DNA of 64,000 nucleotides from Glycera tridactyla (taxonomy: Eukaryota): positions 69,502,001 to 69,566,000 of the forward strand of contig OZ286466.1 of NCBI GenBank assembly GCA_965644265.1, in the 5' to 3' direction. The number at the start of each line of letters is the position of its first letter. Position 1 is the stretch's first letter. The notes beneath the pieces are model-generated. The model was not told where the DNA came from and searched no databases. It saw only the letters and a program-made list of their open reading frames with translations. Positions 24,230 through 37,788 of this stretch are shown piece after piece. The position numbers and the translations under genes were made by a program.

Positions 24230-25162
24230 CATATTAATGATAATATCCCATATTTGCAAACTAGGCGACCGTTTTAGGAGAAATATCGACATTTTGGCCA
24301 CGATCATGATAAATTCACTTTGGACGACACGATTGCATCCATGTCCGCCATCTTGCCTCTTCTTGTTTTCATTCGACTGACGACGCAAAATATCGCCAAG
24401 GCGATATTCATACTATAATTGCATAGAAAATAATCGTTTATGGAGAAATATCGCCATTCTCGCCACAAGTGATAATATCAATCGAAGCGTAACATCCCAT
24501 CGAATGTTCTCAGGTTCTCGTCCGGCGTGAGAAGACCCACAAAATGGCGCCGTTTGCCAATCTTATTCATATCCGGCAATCTACGATCATCGACTCATTG
24601 AGACCATCTGTGATCAAAATATAGACATGGATGGGGGTTTTAGAAGACGGGGTTTCACTTTATTGTAAGATTTCGAAGAAACTTTTACATTTGAATGAAA
24701 TAACCGCCACAAACTCTTGTTCTCAATGTTAGTTTCTATAGGGTTTGCCGACATCTTTTTTTCTTGATGACAGTGCGGCCCACATGTTTGATCGCAGTTT
24801 GCATAAAGATCGCTATCTAGACGTGTTTCCTCCATACGATATGCGTCTACATCACTTGATTGTTAGGATTCAGTCAAGTATGTCGGCGCGACCGGCTAAA
24901 CAATGGCGTGGGGGGTGACAGAAACTGAGCAATCGTGGCAAGGTGAGCAGATGTGAATCCATGTCCAGTCTCGACTCACCAACAGTCGCTCATAAGAGGT
25001 TTTCCGACCGTTCGAAGGTGGTCGTTCAAGAGAGGTGGTCGTCCAAAAGAGGGGTCGCTCATTGGAGGTGAAATATATAAGAAAAACAATTTTGCCGATA
25101 AAAAGCGGTCGTTCAAGAGATGTGGTCGCTCATTAGAGAGTCGCTCATAGCAGGTTTTACTG
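24230..25162. mobile_element. Relative of the 5048-5992 element; right TIR intact, left end not found
   Basis: Right end gtcgctcatagcaggttttactg|ta; ggtggtcgttcaaga repeats; CpG-rich interior with ggagaaatatcg.catt repeats and aaaatggcg. Confidence 0.55.
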
Positions 25163-25867
25163 TACATCCCAGTATCATTTCTGGCGGATTATCAACATTG
25201 GAAAGCATCGGAAAAGAAACTCAATGGATACAGTTCACACAGGACACTTCAATTTAAATGGAAGTACCTTCTTTGTTTCACCGAGATCTTTACCATGCGC
25301 TGCCTGAGGGATGTTTCAATGATGAAGAAAATGGCTAATTGCTCTTGGCTTCTGATGGTGAATTTCGAACAAAGCGACACGTCACAGGTCTGAAACTGGC
25401 GCTTGTAACTGCCACATTAGAACCGCATCTTTTACCAGCCTAATTTTCCACCCACTTACACCGCAGCACATTCAAACTTTTACATTTCTTTACCCTTCTT
25501 CTACCAGCGATTCCCAAGTTTGGATGCATGATTCAGCATCCTGGTTCCGCCAATGCTGAGCTTGCAGTAGCAGGTGAGGAAACAGACACTGTCATACCGA
25601 TGAAAAAGGATGTCTGTTCATTTAGTTGTGAGTTACCGTATATTGCCGAATATACACCCAGTGCGCGAAAGCATAGTCAAGTATGATGCGCATCTATTTG
25701 GAACTGAATCTGAAAAAAAAACCGATCACAGACCATGTTTGAAATGTAATTTTTTTGAAATTTTTTGTCTATATCCGCTTCAGTGTTGCCACCTACAAGT
25801 TAAAGTGAGGGGTAAGCATTTTTTTTGATAAGCATTTTTTTTGATATGGGCAAATACACGGCAATAT

Positions 25868-26100
25868 AGGGTAACAGCATCTATCAACCCACAGCATTAT
25901 GTATGCCATGTGTTCCTGGTAAAGTGAAGCTAGATGTTCTCTCCCCTGCAGGCATCACTCTCACAAACCCTGAACACAAGATGATGGGGAACCTGAAAGG
26001 CTGTCAAGTTAAAATGGTGGACAGTTCAGACACACCTCCACCAATCTCACATGAACATACAGAAACTGGTGATGGCATATCTGACTATGTTAATGAGAGG
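25868..26100 (-). mobile_element. SINE-like family R copy
   Basis: aacagcatctatcaaccc...tatgtatgccatgtgttcctgg...gacagttcagacacacctc. Confidence 0.75.
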
Positions 26101-26289
26101 TGATAATAAAACATTCTCAGTGGATCGTCAGAAAACTGGATGGTTTTGCTGGTGTGTAGCAGGAAACATCCTCATCACCAAAACGGACCCAAAGGCAGAC
26201 ACACCCTCCCATGCATCAACATGATCTGATGAAAGATTTCAGATGGAAAATCTCACAGCTTAAATTGCCTTCAAAGTGTGCTGTGAGTG

Positions 26290-26520
26290 TCCTGAGCTTT
26301 GATTTCTTCAAAATAGAAACATCTCTGACAAAGAATGAAATAATGTCAAAACATTGAAATGTACAAATAACATTTCCAGAAATCATACGATTTTTTGTGG
26401 ATTTGAACCTGGGATCTCCTACATGTCACCGAACGCCAAGATTGTGGAGCAATCGTGAACGCCAAGATTGTGGAGGAGCCCGCTGCCTTGTATGCTGAGC
26501 TATATGGACTGCTCTAAAAA
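26290..26520 (-). mobile_element. tRNA-derived SINE (decayed, with an internal ~23-bp duplication)
   Basis: Minus strand tagctcagca A-box-like and ggttcaaatcc B-box; gaacgccaagattgtggag is duplicated. Confidence 0.45.
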
Positions 26521-26860
26521 AGCGGCCACACACCCCAGCCAGGAGCACACTCCACTCCTAACAAAGACATCCAGAGACACAGTTGACCATCTGGTCATAC
26601 TCACATTCAAGCCATTTCGTGAAATTGACATGTAATGTTTGAACTACACTTTCAGAAATCATCCAATTTTTTGTGGATTTCCAAAAACTGTCTAGCCTGT
26701 AGAAGAGCATGTCTACCTTTAGTCATGCGACTATCACTCATTCTGTCTCCCAACGCCTGTAGCAGTTAGTTCTCAGTTATTCCAACATTTTTTAGAACAT
26801 GTTGTCTCGGAATCCAGTAATTGAATATCCACAATTGTATTTTCAGACCAGCTACTGATA

Positions 26861-27024
26861 CAGTGAAACCTGTCTTGGGAGACCCCTCTTTCGGGAGACC
26901 AACCTCTAATGGGAGACTGCTCTGTATTGGCTATTCTCTATTTGACCTCCAATGAGAGACCACCTGCCTTGAGAGACCACTTTTCATTGGTGTTTGGGGT
27001 GGTCTCCCAAGACAGGGATTACTG
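26861..27024. mobile_element. TA-CAGT MITE (gagaccac family)
   Basis: ta|cagtgaaacctgtcttgggagacc ... ggtctcccaagacagggattactg|ta. Confidence 0.9.
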
Positions 27025-27026
27025 TA

Positions 27027-27201
27027 CAGTCGAACCTCCCTATAAAGACCACCTCCGGTTGCATAGAAAAGCGGTCTTTATAAGGAGGTGGTCTTTATAG
27101 AGGTCATTTACTGTTGAAAATACTACCACGGTCGCAGCTCAGGGTGGTCTTTATAGGAGGTGGTCTTTATAGAGAGGTGGTCTTTAGAATAAGTTTGACT
27201 G
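27027..27201. mobile_element. TA-CAGT MITE (aaagaccac family), abutting the previous MITE through a shared TA
   Basis: actg-TA-cagtcgaacc ... aagtttgactg|ta. Confidence 0.9.
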
Positions 27202-27522
27202 TACTACACTGGTCTGTTTTTATGTAAACTTCTTGACTATGTATACCATGTGGTTGCCTATTTAAGATTATTATTTTCTATGAATTGTTCCATGTAGCCT
27301 CTGATATGAATCATTGTACTCAACTCGCTATATGAATATAAATCTTCACCAGCAAACAAACAAACAAGATGTCTTGTATGTGGGGCTAGGTGGACCGCTG
27401 ACAAAAACTTTGTTCCTTCATTTCAAACTCAGGTGCTAGGTCATCCATCACTTGAGTGGACTGCAAACTCTCTGATGGCGAAACCAACATCCAAAATTCA
27501 TCACATCAAAGTTTCTGTCCAC

Positions 27523-27816
27523 TTCAGCTGGAGACGAACAGGCAATGTAATCACTAATGAGTGGTTGGGATGTGCACCGTTAAAAGCCTCACAATGAGTC
27601 TCACTGGCGACGGAATTACAGATGGAATTACAGACAAAACCCAGCATACTCAGCAAACCTCGAGAGATTTTAGCTGGAGACAAACAGGCAATGTAATCAC
27701 TAATGAGTGGTTGGGATGTGCACCGTTAAAAGCCTCACAATGAGTCTTACTGGCGACGGAATTACAGATGGAATTACAGACAAAACCCAGCATACTCAGC
27801 AGACCTCGAGAGATTT
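27523..27816. repeat. 147-bp near-perfect tandem duplication
   Basis: ggcaatgtaatcactaatgagtgg at 27541 and 27688. Confidence 0.95.
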
Positions 27817-27819
27817 CAG

Positions 27820-28095
27820 AGTGTTATCACATGGATGTGCCATTTTCAGTGAAGTATCAGGTGTTGAGTATTGCATATGATACTTCACAGCTGGGTGACA
27901 AACAATTTTTGATGATTTCTCCCCTAATCCATGTGATAAAAGCAAGACTATATGACCATGAGGTAAAAACGTGATACGAAACTCGGTATGAATTTCTCCA
28001 GATGTCAATCAGCCTTCGGCTTCATGACATCCGGTGAAATTCACACCTTGTTTGGTATTGCATTTTTACTTCACGGCCATATAGTCTTGCTATAA
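27820..28095 (+). mobile_element. Palindromic family P, copy 2
   Basis: Longest copy; central agccttcggct hairpin and gcaagactata / tatagtcttgc arms. Confidence 0.8.
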
Positions 28096-28663
28096 TCCGT
28101 GTAGCTCAAGTGAAATAGTTTCATATCTGGCATCAATTACATTTCTATATAATACTAAAATTTATTAATTTATCATTTTTTGTTTGATGTTAGTTTCAAT
28201 TAACGAATGGAATAAATAGACCTTCCGGCAATCATTGATCCTAGTTTCAGCTTATCTACATGTTTTCGAAGAGTATAATGCCGTTAGTTCAAGGCATTAT
28301 TCCATCGGCGAATCTGCTGGCATTATCTGCAAGTATTTGTATGTGGAACAGTGGAGATAGGGCTATAGCACTCGCCATGAAACAAGCGTGAGACCAACAG
28401 AGTTGTCGCTAGAAGGTGGTATATGCAAGGAAACCTCACCAAGATCACATGTCAGTCGTCAGAGATGTCAACAATGTCTGTCAGTGGCTCTCCTTTTATA
28501 CTGCAATGCTAGGCCTAAGAATATACCTGCCACGATTGAACTTGACAGACTTTACCAAGAATTCGGAGGTCGGCTCATGACTTTTGAGCTATTTCTCTCG
28601 TGAAACAAGACATAAACGCACAGAAGGTTTGCATGCATGCTGTTCATTGAAAGGGACACATCT

Positions 28664-28702
28664 ATGTGTGTGTGTGTATGTGTGTGTGTGTGTGTGTGTG
28701 CG

Positions 28703-28743
<41 letters not shown>

Positions 28744-28748
28744 GAGTG
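28664..28748. repeat. (GT)n microsatellite
   Basis: Direct observation. Confidence 0.95.
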
Positions 28749-29649
28749 AGTCATTCCCAACTGTCCCTATAAATTCCAAACTCACAGACAACAAAATTCT
28801 TATTTTCCTTTGAAATTACCCAATTATATAAGATGGGAGCTCTCCAAATACTGATGCATATGCACACCAAATTCCAAAAATGTGGGTGCAATATCACCTT
28901 AGTAAGGCGTCAAAGAAAACTTTTACCAAAACCTTCATGCCAGATGGACAGCCGGATGGCGGGACCAACCACGTGATTGAAAAGACTTGCATTTGCTTCA
29001 CAGATGAGAGGAAAAATGTGTTAAGGTTTTTAGGTCAACTTTCTGCACTTAAATAGGCTAAATCAGACCACCTGCCTAGGAGGATCGAAGAACAGATGAG
29101 AGGACAACCACTTTGAGTATGGTATACATTTCATATGTGATGACACCAACAAGGAAGTTACGGGGATCGTTTCACTCGGCAAAAATAGCAATGACCGCAA
29201 TGTTGTTAGAAAGACGCCCTGGTCACATCTGCACGAGAAGAAATGTCATCATCGCAATCATGCAAGAGATGAATTAGAAAATACGAAGACACATGATGAT
29301 TTTGCTATCGCAAAGTTCTTTCTTATCCCTTCTACCTCATGCCAGTGAAAATGACCATGGATATGTGACCATATAATGAGATTTTAGCCAATTAGCCAAC
29401 AGAAAACACCATCCTTTAAAAGCTAAACATGCAATGGGATTTTGTGAGTTTGAGAACTGTACTGAAATACCATGGTGGTTGGATCAGTTTCAACATCACA
29501 TCAGTGATTGTATGTTTACCACTTGTCTTAATAATGTTTTGTTTCCGTGAGCACATAATATGACCTTTCAGAGTAAAGTGTAAATATATGTTAATCTTAT
29601 GCAATGAAAAGTTTCTTATCTTATCTTATCATTATCAGCGCCGATGATT

Positions 29650-29800
29650 GGATTAGGTCACATGAAGGCTGGAGAATCTCCCAGAAATTGACAGGTTGTG
29701 TGTCACCCCCTGTCCTGGTTCATGGTAGGTTGGGTTTTGGTGAGGTGAATCGCCACTGTCAAGAGGGTCATGCTCCATTCAATTTCATTGTTTCCTATGC
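29650..29800 (-). pseudogene. Penelope-like GIY-YIG C-terminal relic
   Basis: Minus strand EIEWSMTLLTVAIHLTKTQPTMNQDRG, then after a frameshift VTHNLS; resembles the PLE end-of-ORF pattern eAI.I....PtlNrD.G...Ls..w. Confidence 0.5.
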
Positions 29801-29879
29801 CACCATAGAGAAGACAATATTAAATATTGAAGTCAGAAGCAATGTGTTCACTCGATATATGAAAAAGAGCATCCCTTCT

Positions 29880-29887
29880 ACACAAAC

Positions 29888-29948
<61 letters not shown>

Positions 29949-29995
29949 AATCACAAACACACGCACAAACATACTGCCCACACAAACACACATAC
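29880..29995. repeat. (CA)n microsatellite
   Basis: Direct observation. Confidence 0.95.
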
Positions 29996-30001
29996 ATCGA
30001 A

Positions 30002-30450
30002 AAAATAGCTGGACTGGAGGCTAGAGGATAGCAGATTTTTATCCCATGTTTCGTCTCAGTTGGGTCAATCCCGGCAGATTCGCGAATCGATACACTCATT
30101 TTTGTTCCACCACCCCTTCCCTATAGCTATCAATTATTAAGCTGCCTCTCTGAAGCAAATAAGGTACCACAATCTGTATGATCTCAAGGATGAAAGATAG
30201 AACTGGTTGCCTAAAGTACTGAATCCACCCACATCAATCACAACTCTGGGGTAATTTTTGTCAAATCTGGTCTTATTCCCCGAGGGAACTATGTCCGGAT
30301 CCCTACCATCACAAATAGCCCTGAAATCAGAAATCACAACCATGGCAAACCATCTGTGGAGAGACAACAACAGTCTGTCAATAGGGACCCTGACCTGTAA
30401 ATTGAAAACTGCAATTGGAACGCCCTCCCTCCCACCCTCCCTCCCCCCTC

Positions 30451-30484
<34 letters not shown>

Positions 30485-31000
30485 GCCATGGTTTCACCTG
30501 AAAGCACACATTTTTGAAATCCCAAATGAGTCCTTGGGGGTTACATACAGAAGAGGCACAGGGTTTTGTTCATCTTTGAGGTTTCTATCAGTGCATGCTA
30601 GGGGCTACTGAGATTTTCCATGATATCATGCAATAAAAATGTGCATTTGTAATTGAAAATTGTGAAAATCACAAGGGAATTCAAATAGCCACCCCCCCCC
30701 CTCCCCCCTCCCCCATAGTAGTTCTATTAGAGGCCAAGTATCTGAATCACGAAATGTATGATTTCAGAGAGAAATTCACTACTTTGTTGGTTGCCATGGC
30801 AACCACAACCTTGGATACAGATAATGGAACCAATTTATTTTGAAGCCCAGTCCTGTTTGTATACACATACTAACATCGGTCTTGCAATCATTCCCTTTGA
30901 TCATGTTGAGATATAAGAATCCCCAGCATGTGTCAAAATTGCATTGATGACATGAGATTTGACTGCGTGGAATAGAGAAACCGCTATCTAGCTATTGTAG
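30002..31000. mobile_element. Probable decayed non-autonomous element with (CT)n/poly-C tracts and gttgccatgg motifs
   Basis: Ends aatagctgga / tctagctatt are inverted; internal ccatggcaac motifs and microsatellites. Boundaries uncertain. Confidence 0.35.
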
Positions 31001-31190
31001 TCAGGTATATATAGCACACTTGGATGCTGATCAAGTGCCTGTGTTAATATCGGGCATTCTTGGCACTTACCTTACCCAGTAGTTTCATTTACTTGCAATT
31101 AGCTGATATCTAGAGCCAATTTTTGTTTTATTCTGAATGCATTTGAATATCATACTGGGTAAGTATGATTTCTACCGTGATTTGTTAGTA

Positions 31191-31292
31191 CAGTAAGACC
31201 TGTATATAGTGAATAGTCACGGGCCAGATTTTTCTTTACACTGTAGACAGGATTTCACTGTGGACAGGATTACACTATAGCAGGTTTTACTG
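31191..31292. mobile_element. Short TA-CAGT MITE
   Basis: ta|cagtaagacctg ... caggttttactg|ta. Confidence 0.8.
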
Positions 31293-31464
31293 TATCTGAA
31301 TTGACCCATGCTCTACTGTATTTTACCTTATACTGCCCACGAAAGGCTGGCATCTTCATTCGGTGATTTGGCGCCACTGTAGTGGAATAGCGATGCGCTT
31401 AGTTTTGCTGTAATATAACACACCCACAGAGATTGATTTTTCCCTCAGATTTGGCCTTTATTAA

Positions 31465-33464
31465 CCCTTTACTGCATGCACGGCAGCGTCGTGACGTGCA
31501 TCTATGCACATCCACCAGCTTGCCATGACGTGTTACTCAATGCAGACGTTAAACTACACCGTGTGCATGAAAAAATCACGTCATGACGTGATATTGACAC
31601 CTCCAACATGGATTGAAGAGAGTTTATTGTCAAGCCCTGTATCCATGATAATCCATCAATACCCACCAGAAAATTCGTATAAAGCAAACAGAACACGCAG
31701 AAAATGATGGTAAGTATAGATTTTCGATTGGAATCGCCATTTTATCACAGCTGATCGAAAGAGCAGACATGACATACGCGATGATCCCGGCCGTACTCGC
31801 TGAATACATGTCAGACGCCATGTCAACAAACCAGACCTTCTCACGGAAAAATATTAATAACGCGAGAAATAAACATCAGATCTGCATGAAAAAATTATTT
31901 TGAACACCACAAGAACCCAACGAATACGTATGTGAAAACGGCATGTTGATACTTTGGATAGTTTCTTCACAAATGCCAGTTGAGTACAGATTTACGCACA
32001 ACTTTTGGGGGGAGAAAAATGGCGCTACACTGACGAATGACTGCCGGATATTTTCTCAACCAAAACACCGAAAAATACATAAGAAATATTGACCGTCAGT
32101 GAAAAATCATTCGATAAACGTGATGCTTGTATCCTATTTGTGTGTTATGGAAGAAAGAACTGTGAAAATACGACGAATATTGGCTGAATGGAGGCGGGAT
32201 GAAGAGTGGCGTCTGTATAACCACTCTCACTCACTTTGACAAGTGAATCGCGAGTTTCCATCAATGACTTTGCGAGGGAAATCTGCTATCGCTTCAAGAA
32301 TAATGGTCAGAACTCAACAAATCATATACGTATATATTTACAAGAAGTCCCTCCACACGTGTGTGCAAACAGCATGTCGATATCTTCAATAGTTCCTTCA
32401 TAAATGGAGCCAGAAGTTGGCGGCCGGCTTTGACAGCTAGACAGCTGATCGCCGCAAACTGCGCAATTTTCCGCGAAGGATCACTTCATCTTGACAACAT
32501 AATAACCCAGGAAATAACCAAAATCCATGAAAGAACATGCGATAGATGTATTCCTTGTGTTCTATTTGTGTGGGGGGTAAGGAAAAAGTGTGAAAATATG
32601 ACGAATATTTGCCAAATGAGAGCTGAATGCAGAGTGAAGTCTGAATCAGCTGTGTATAACCATCCGGCCTCATTCTGACGTGTCAATCTCGAATTTTCTG
32701 TGATGACTTTCATGCGGAATTTCTGCCATCTCGCCAAGAATTCTGGACAAAACTGCACAAATCATATACTGTTACGTTCAAAAGAACTTTCTTTACACGT
32801 TTGTGCAGACGGCATGTTGATATTTCAAACAGTTTCTTCTCAAAGTGAGGCGCAAGTTGCCGGCCGGCTTTGACAACTAGAATGTGATACTGCGTCTCAA
32901 ACACGTTGCTTCAGCGAATTCGCACATGGTCTTTACCAGCGAAAATACCATAGAAATATTGAACTCACAGTAAAAACGACTACACGATTAAATCCGCGGA
33001 TATCCGTTTGTATATAGTCCATGTATAAATCCTGAGAATCCGTCGAATATTCGCCAGAAACGGTGCAGATGTCAAGAGACCAGCTTCATTTCTGTGCGCT
33101 GCCATCTTGGATCTAGCCTCCTTGTTGGCTTTCGTTTGCCGGGAAATTCCTACATCCGTGGTTCTGAGTCACATGACCTAAATGTTCTATTTTTAGAACG
33201 TATACGAGGGGGAAGCCCAGGCTCTCCTCTTCACGATTGTGTTTCGTTTATATCGATATTCGCAGTGAAAGGCCTCCCAAAAAATTATTTTCTGAAGTAT
33301 GGCAAGTCATTTTTTCGCGATATTTTCGTCTAGACGCGTCATACGGCGTTTCATGCACCAGGAGACACGCGTCAATCGGCGTTTCATGCACACGAAGGTG
33401 TGCGTGAATCGGCGTTCCATGCACACGAGGGTATGCGTCAAACGGCGTCATATGCAGTAAAGGG
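31465..33464. mobile_element. 2.0-kb non-autonomous piggyBac-superfamily element
   Basis: TTAA at 31461-64 and 33465-68; 13-bp perfect TIR ccctttactgcat; 33-bp subterminal repeats (33337-33460); about three diverged ~435-bp internal units; no transposase ORF. Confidence 0.9.
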
Positions 33465-34599
33465 TTAAATTCACATCGTACTTTGTCTATGCCTCCGTGC
33501 ACCACGTGTATATTCGGCAATATACGGTGCGGTTTCAAAAAGGTTTACAAACAAATAAACATGTCAGCCAATAAAGGTTAAGAACAAATTTTCCATGCAT
33601 AATGCTGCTTGGCAGATATTAATGACTTCAGGATCTTGGCTGACTCAGCGAAGGATATACATGATATATTTCATCCTGCATCTGTGTAATGCGTTCATTC
33701 CATCGCAAACTTCCGCTAAACAAAAACCGACAGATGATTAACGAGACGGGAAGCCCCAAAAATCTCATTTGTCAGCTAATTTGTGATGGAGCAGAATTTC
33801 ATTAGTGGTCGTAATGAGATATATATGAACAGCATTATTTCATAAGGTGGAGAAATGGTGTGTTGGCTTGTTCAAAATCCACAAGTTCGACATAACTTTT
33901 CAACCATTCTTGCCTCATTATGGGGCAATTTATAAGGCTGTTGACGAACATAGGAGAATATTTTCCACTAATAAAATTCTATCAAAAATTTACCATTCCT
34001 CATGATGCGCCTTGAAACATGTCATGTTGGTACTTACAGTACCCTGGGGTATCAGGAAACTTTCAAGATTGTGTGTCAGCCCCTTTCTGGGTTTGAGGTC
34101 ACCCATGCTGTAGATTCGGGTACAATTCCACGAGGAATCTGATGATTTCTGAGAATGTGACTTGAACATTCCCATGGCGTATCATGAATCAAAGTTTCAT
34201 TATAACCATGTCCAATTGTGTGAGAATTCTACAAAGTTCATTAAAATAGGCCTGGCAAAATATCTTTGATGAAGAACTACTCACATTTCCATGCATGTAT
34301 TTCTGTCACCTGTCCATAAGAAGTTTTATAATATTCTGCTGATGTAAATTTACACTTTGAAGCAGTCTTTGATCTGATGCCAACCTCATTTCACAGAGAG
34401 TCGGTAATGTCAAGAAGATAGGAAGAGTTCGCAGAATTCTACAATCGTACTATTGTGCTGGTTGCAAAGCCATTTGTCAATGTCAAACATAATCAGCAAA
34501 AGATGCATCAGACGGTGGAATGTGTGTCTCACTGAAAACTTTCCCCAACTATTGCAGTTCTTGAGTGATGGGTGACTGCACAGACGCACATGCACGCAT

Positions 34600-34810
34600 G
34601 CTCGCCTACATGCACACACATGCCTACACAGACAACACACTTTTTTGATTAATTTCATGTGAGTGACATGATGCACAGGCAACAGGTCTACGAAATGTGT
34701 CAAATGCCCCAGCCAAATTTTTGGGTTCACACAACCTCTTAGTAAGGCACCCACCGCCAGCGACACACTGCCAGTACTCCTCACCGCTACTCCACCAAGG
34801 TACCTTACAA
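34600..34810 (-). mobile_element. tRNA-derived SINE (same family as 19630)
   Basis: Reverse complement ggtggagtagcggt...tggcagtgtgtcgctggcggtgggtgcc...gggcatttgacacatttcgtagacctgttgcc. Confidence 0.55.
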
Positions 34811-34969
34811 ATGCATTCACACAAACACACACACACACACACACAAACACATACACACACACATGTAAATGCCTAAATATATAACACACCTTACACATGC
34901 ATTCACATACATTACCTACACACAATCACACTGGCACACACATCCCCAAATACGGACTACACACATCAC

Positions 34970-35600
34970 ACTAAAAACATGTTTGTGAAGTTTCGGGCCA
35001 TTTCGCAAATTTTTGGTCCCTCCCCCACGATGTTTTGTTTACGTTCCCTAATGACGACCTAGCTATATATGAAATATCAAAATTGGTGTAGAGACTTGGG
35101 AGTAGGCTCATCTTGAAGATCAGGCAGAGTAGAACAAACTTCATAAGAGAGACCATATGCTAAAATCATTCCTTCACTGTCTAGCTGGCCTAAAACAATA
35201 TAAAAAGATCAGTTTTCGGCTGAGGCAAGTAGAAGCATTCTTTTGATACATGACCCTTGATTTTCATCACATTGATATACATATTTTGTACTATCAGCCA
35301 CAATTTGTTTCAAGTATCTGTATGCAGTGTCATTGCCAATTCCTGCTTTTTCATCATCAGAAACACCACTGTCAAAGAGAAGCAGCACCACAAGTGGCTC
35401 ATGGAGGTATTGTTAATGGCAGAATATGGATGCCTTCACTTGGTGAGCTGGAGGGCCATCAGTTGAGTGCAAGCAAATGGATAAACGAACATAAAGTTCT
35501 TATGTAAGATTTTGGTGTTTTCAGACATGATTATTCTAACTTATTTGGCAAACAATATCAAATCAACATCAAATCAATGTTGATCAACTGACATGTCAAC
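34970..35600 (-). mobile_element. Inverted, internally deleted copy of the hATm-type element
   Basis: Reverse complement of 36480-36603, 36855-36990 and 37375-37720; lacks the ~385-bp transposase C-terminal segment. Confidence 0.8.
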
Positions 35601-36836
35601 CAAATATCAATAATAATATATCAATTCAACCGAATATCGACCTAATATCAACAATATTTGGCAGCTTGGAGCAGTGTCAAAGTGTGTTAAATAAATCTTG
35701 AGACCTTGCGTATTTCCCTCATATTCGACCATAAGCAGCCATAGTTGAAGGCCCAGCCATGGTGCTGTTGCGCCCCATCTCGACCATCGGCCCGGGTTAA
35801 CCCAGGCTGCACTGGGTCGACCTGGGCTGCACTGGGTCGACCTGGGCCAATGTTACCCATGACGAAATTCAGCACCCTCATCCAATCCACAAATTTAGCC
35901 CCTCTCCCGAATCCCGGGGGGGGGGGGGGGGGGGGGGGGGGGTGAATTTGATTTCGGGAGAGTGACAAGACCAATCTCACTCTCTCAATGGGAGAGTGTA
36001 AACTTTTGAGTTGATCAGAATGTGCGTAATTTTTTCGTATATCAGAGAGTTATGATTTTTGGGGGAGACAGAACAACATGGTTTTGACTCATGCAATGAA
36101 AAACTCTATTCCTTGCAAGATGAATTTACACATACCTGCAAATGTTGGATCCTGAAGAAGAAACCTGAGCAGAAAATCGTTGGTGTGACTAAGATTTTCA
36201 GTCATATGAAGGATGAGTTGGAACTCACATCATATCGAGGCATTTACGCACACAAATATCTTGCTCTAAATATAGCCTACTTTGAGCTTGTTTTACATGC
36301 ACTGTTTGAACCAATTCGGGAGAGTACATTCATTCTCGGGAGAGTTATTTTTCCAGTCTGCTCTCCCGACGGGACGATGGTCGAGACGGGGCACAACAGT
36401 GCTACGACTGACACTTTGCCACAAGGAATCATGGGGTGTGGAACAGAGCTATGTAATGAGCCACTATTTTGTTTAAATATCAATTGATCAACATTGAATT
36501 GATGATTCAATATTTTTGGCTGAATGGGCTAGAATATTAATGTCTGAAAACACCATATGCTATGTTTACCATTTGCTTGCACTCAACTGATGGCCCTCCA
36601 GCTAGGAGAGCTGGTGAAATATCCAAACCACCTGCCCAAAGGATAGGTGCGGGTATAAAGTTGATGTAGAGCTCTGCATGGAGATTGCTCATTGTGTCAA
36701 CTGCCACCATGGTCAGCTTCACGATTCTATTCGTGGTATTCGCAAATTTGAAAACTTGCAATTGTCTGCGGTGGAGATGAAATTTATGCTTTCTGAAAAA
36801 TCCAGTGTTTTACGCAAGGTAGTTCTCCATACCCTG

Positions 36837-37788
36837 TAGGGTGTTTCAAAAAACGGCCCTCCAGCTCACCAAGTGAAGGCATCTATATTCCACCATTCAC
36901 AATACTTCCATGAGCCACTTGTGGTGCTGCTTCTCTTTGACAGTGGTGTTTCTGATGATGAAAAAGCAGGAATTGGCAATGACACTGCAAGCCATCATCC
37001 CAAAACCTCAAGTCTTTCCACCAAGAAAGCCAATATTCCCTTGTCATACAATCCAGGCGGACAATACCACATTTGCATCCGTTCTCGGACCACATTCCTG
37101 GCTTCCATTTTCCCTGCTAGGAAATGATAATGGCTGGTTGGACCAGCCTCCAGATCAATGGAATGGAGATGGTTGTTAGGTACCAAGAGATGGCTGCTGT
37201 CATGAGTAACTTGGATGTGGTGAACAATGCTGCTGGGAAAGGTGTCAAGGACATACAAGATTACGCGAATGCAGCCAGCAGGGGGAATCAACATACAAAT
37301 ATCATCCTTGTCTCAGGATTTCATGGCATCAAAATGCATTCATTCCTGAAGACTTAAATAGAAGAGAATTTGTGAATTGGCATACAGATACTTGGAATAA
37401 ATCGTGACTGATAGTACGAAATACATATATCAATGTGAAGAAAATCAAGGGTCATGTATCAAGAGAATGCTTCTACAAGTACTTGCCTTAGCTGAAAAAC
37501 GGATATTTTAATATTGATTTAGGTCAGCTAGAGAGTGAAGGAATCATTTTAGCTTGTTCTACTCTGCCTGATCTTCAAAATGAGCCTACTCTCAAGTCTA
37601 TACTCCAATTTTGACTTTTTTCATATAGAGCAGGGTTGTCGTTAGGGAACGTAAACAAAAACATCGTGGGGGGGGGGGGGGTGGGCAAAAATTCGTGAAA
37701 CTTCACAAACATGTTTTTTCAGGTCATAGTGCATGCCCAAAGAATTGGAGAGCGTGCGATTCAAAAAAAGCTGTTTTTTGAAACACCC

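Noticed and set aside
30788-30803. Perfect RFX X-box gttgccatggcaac
   Set aside because: It lies inside a probable repeat that contains several ccatggcaac variants; no adjacent gene.
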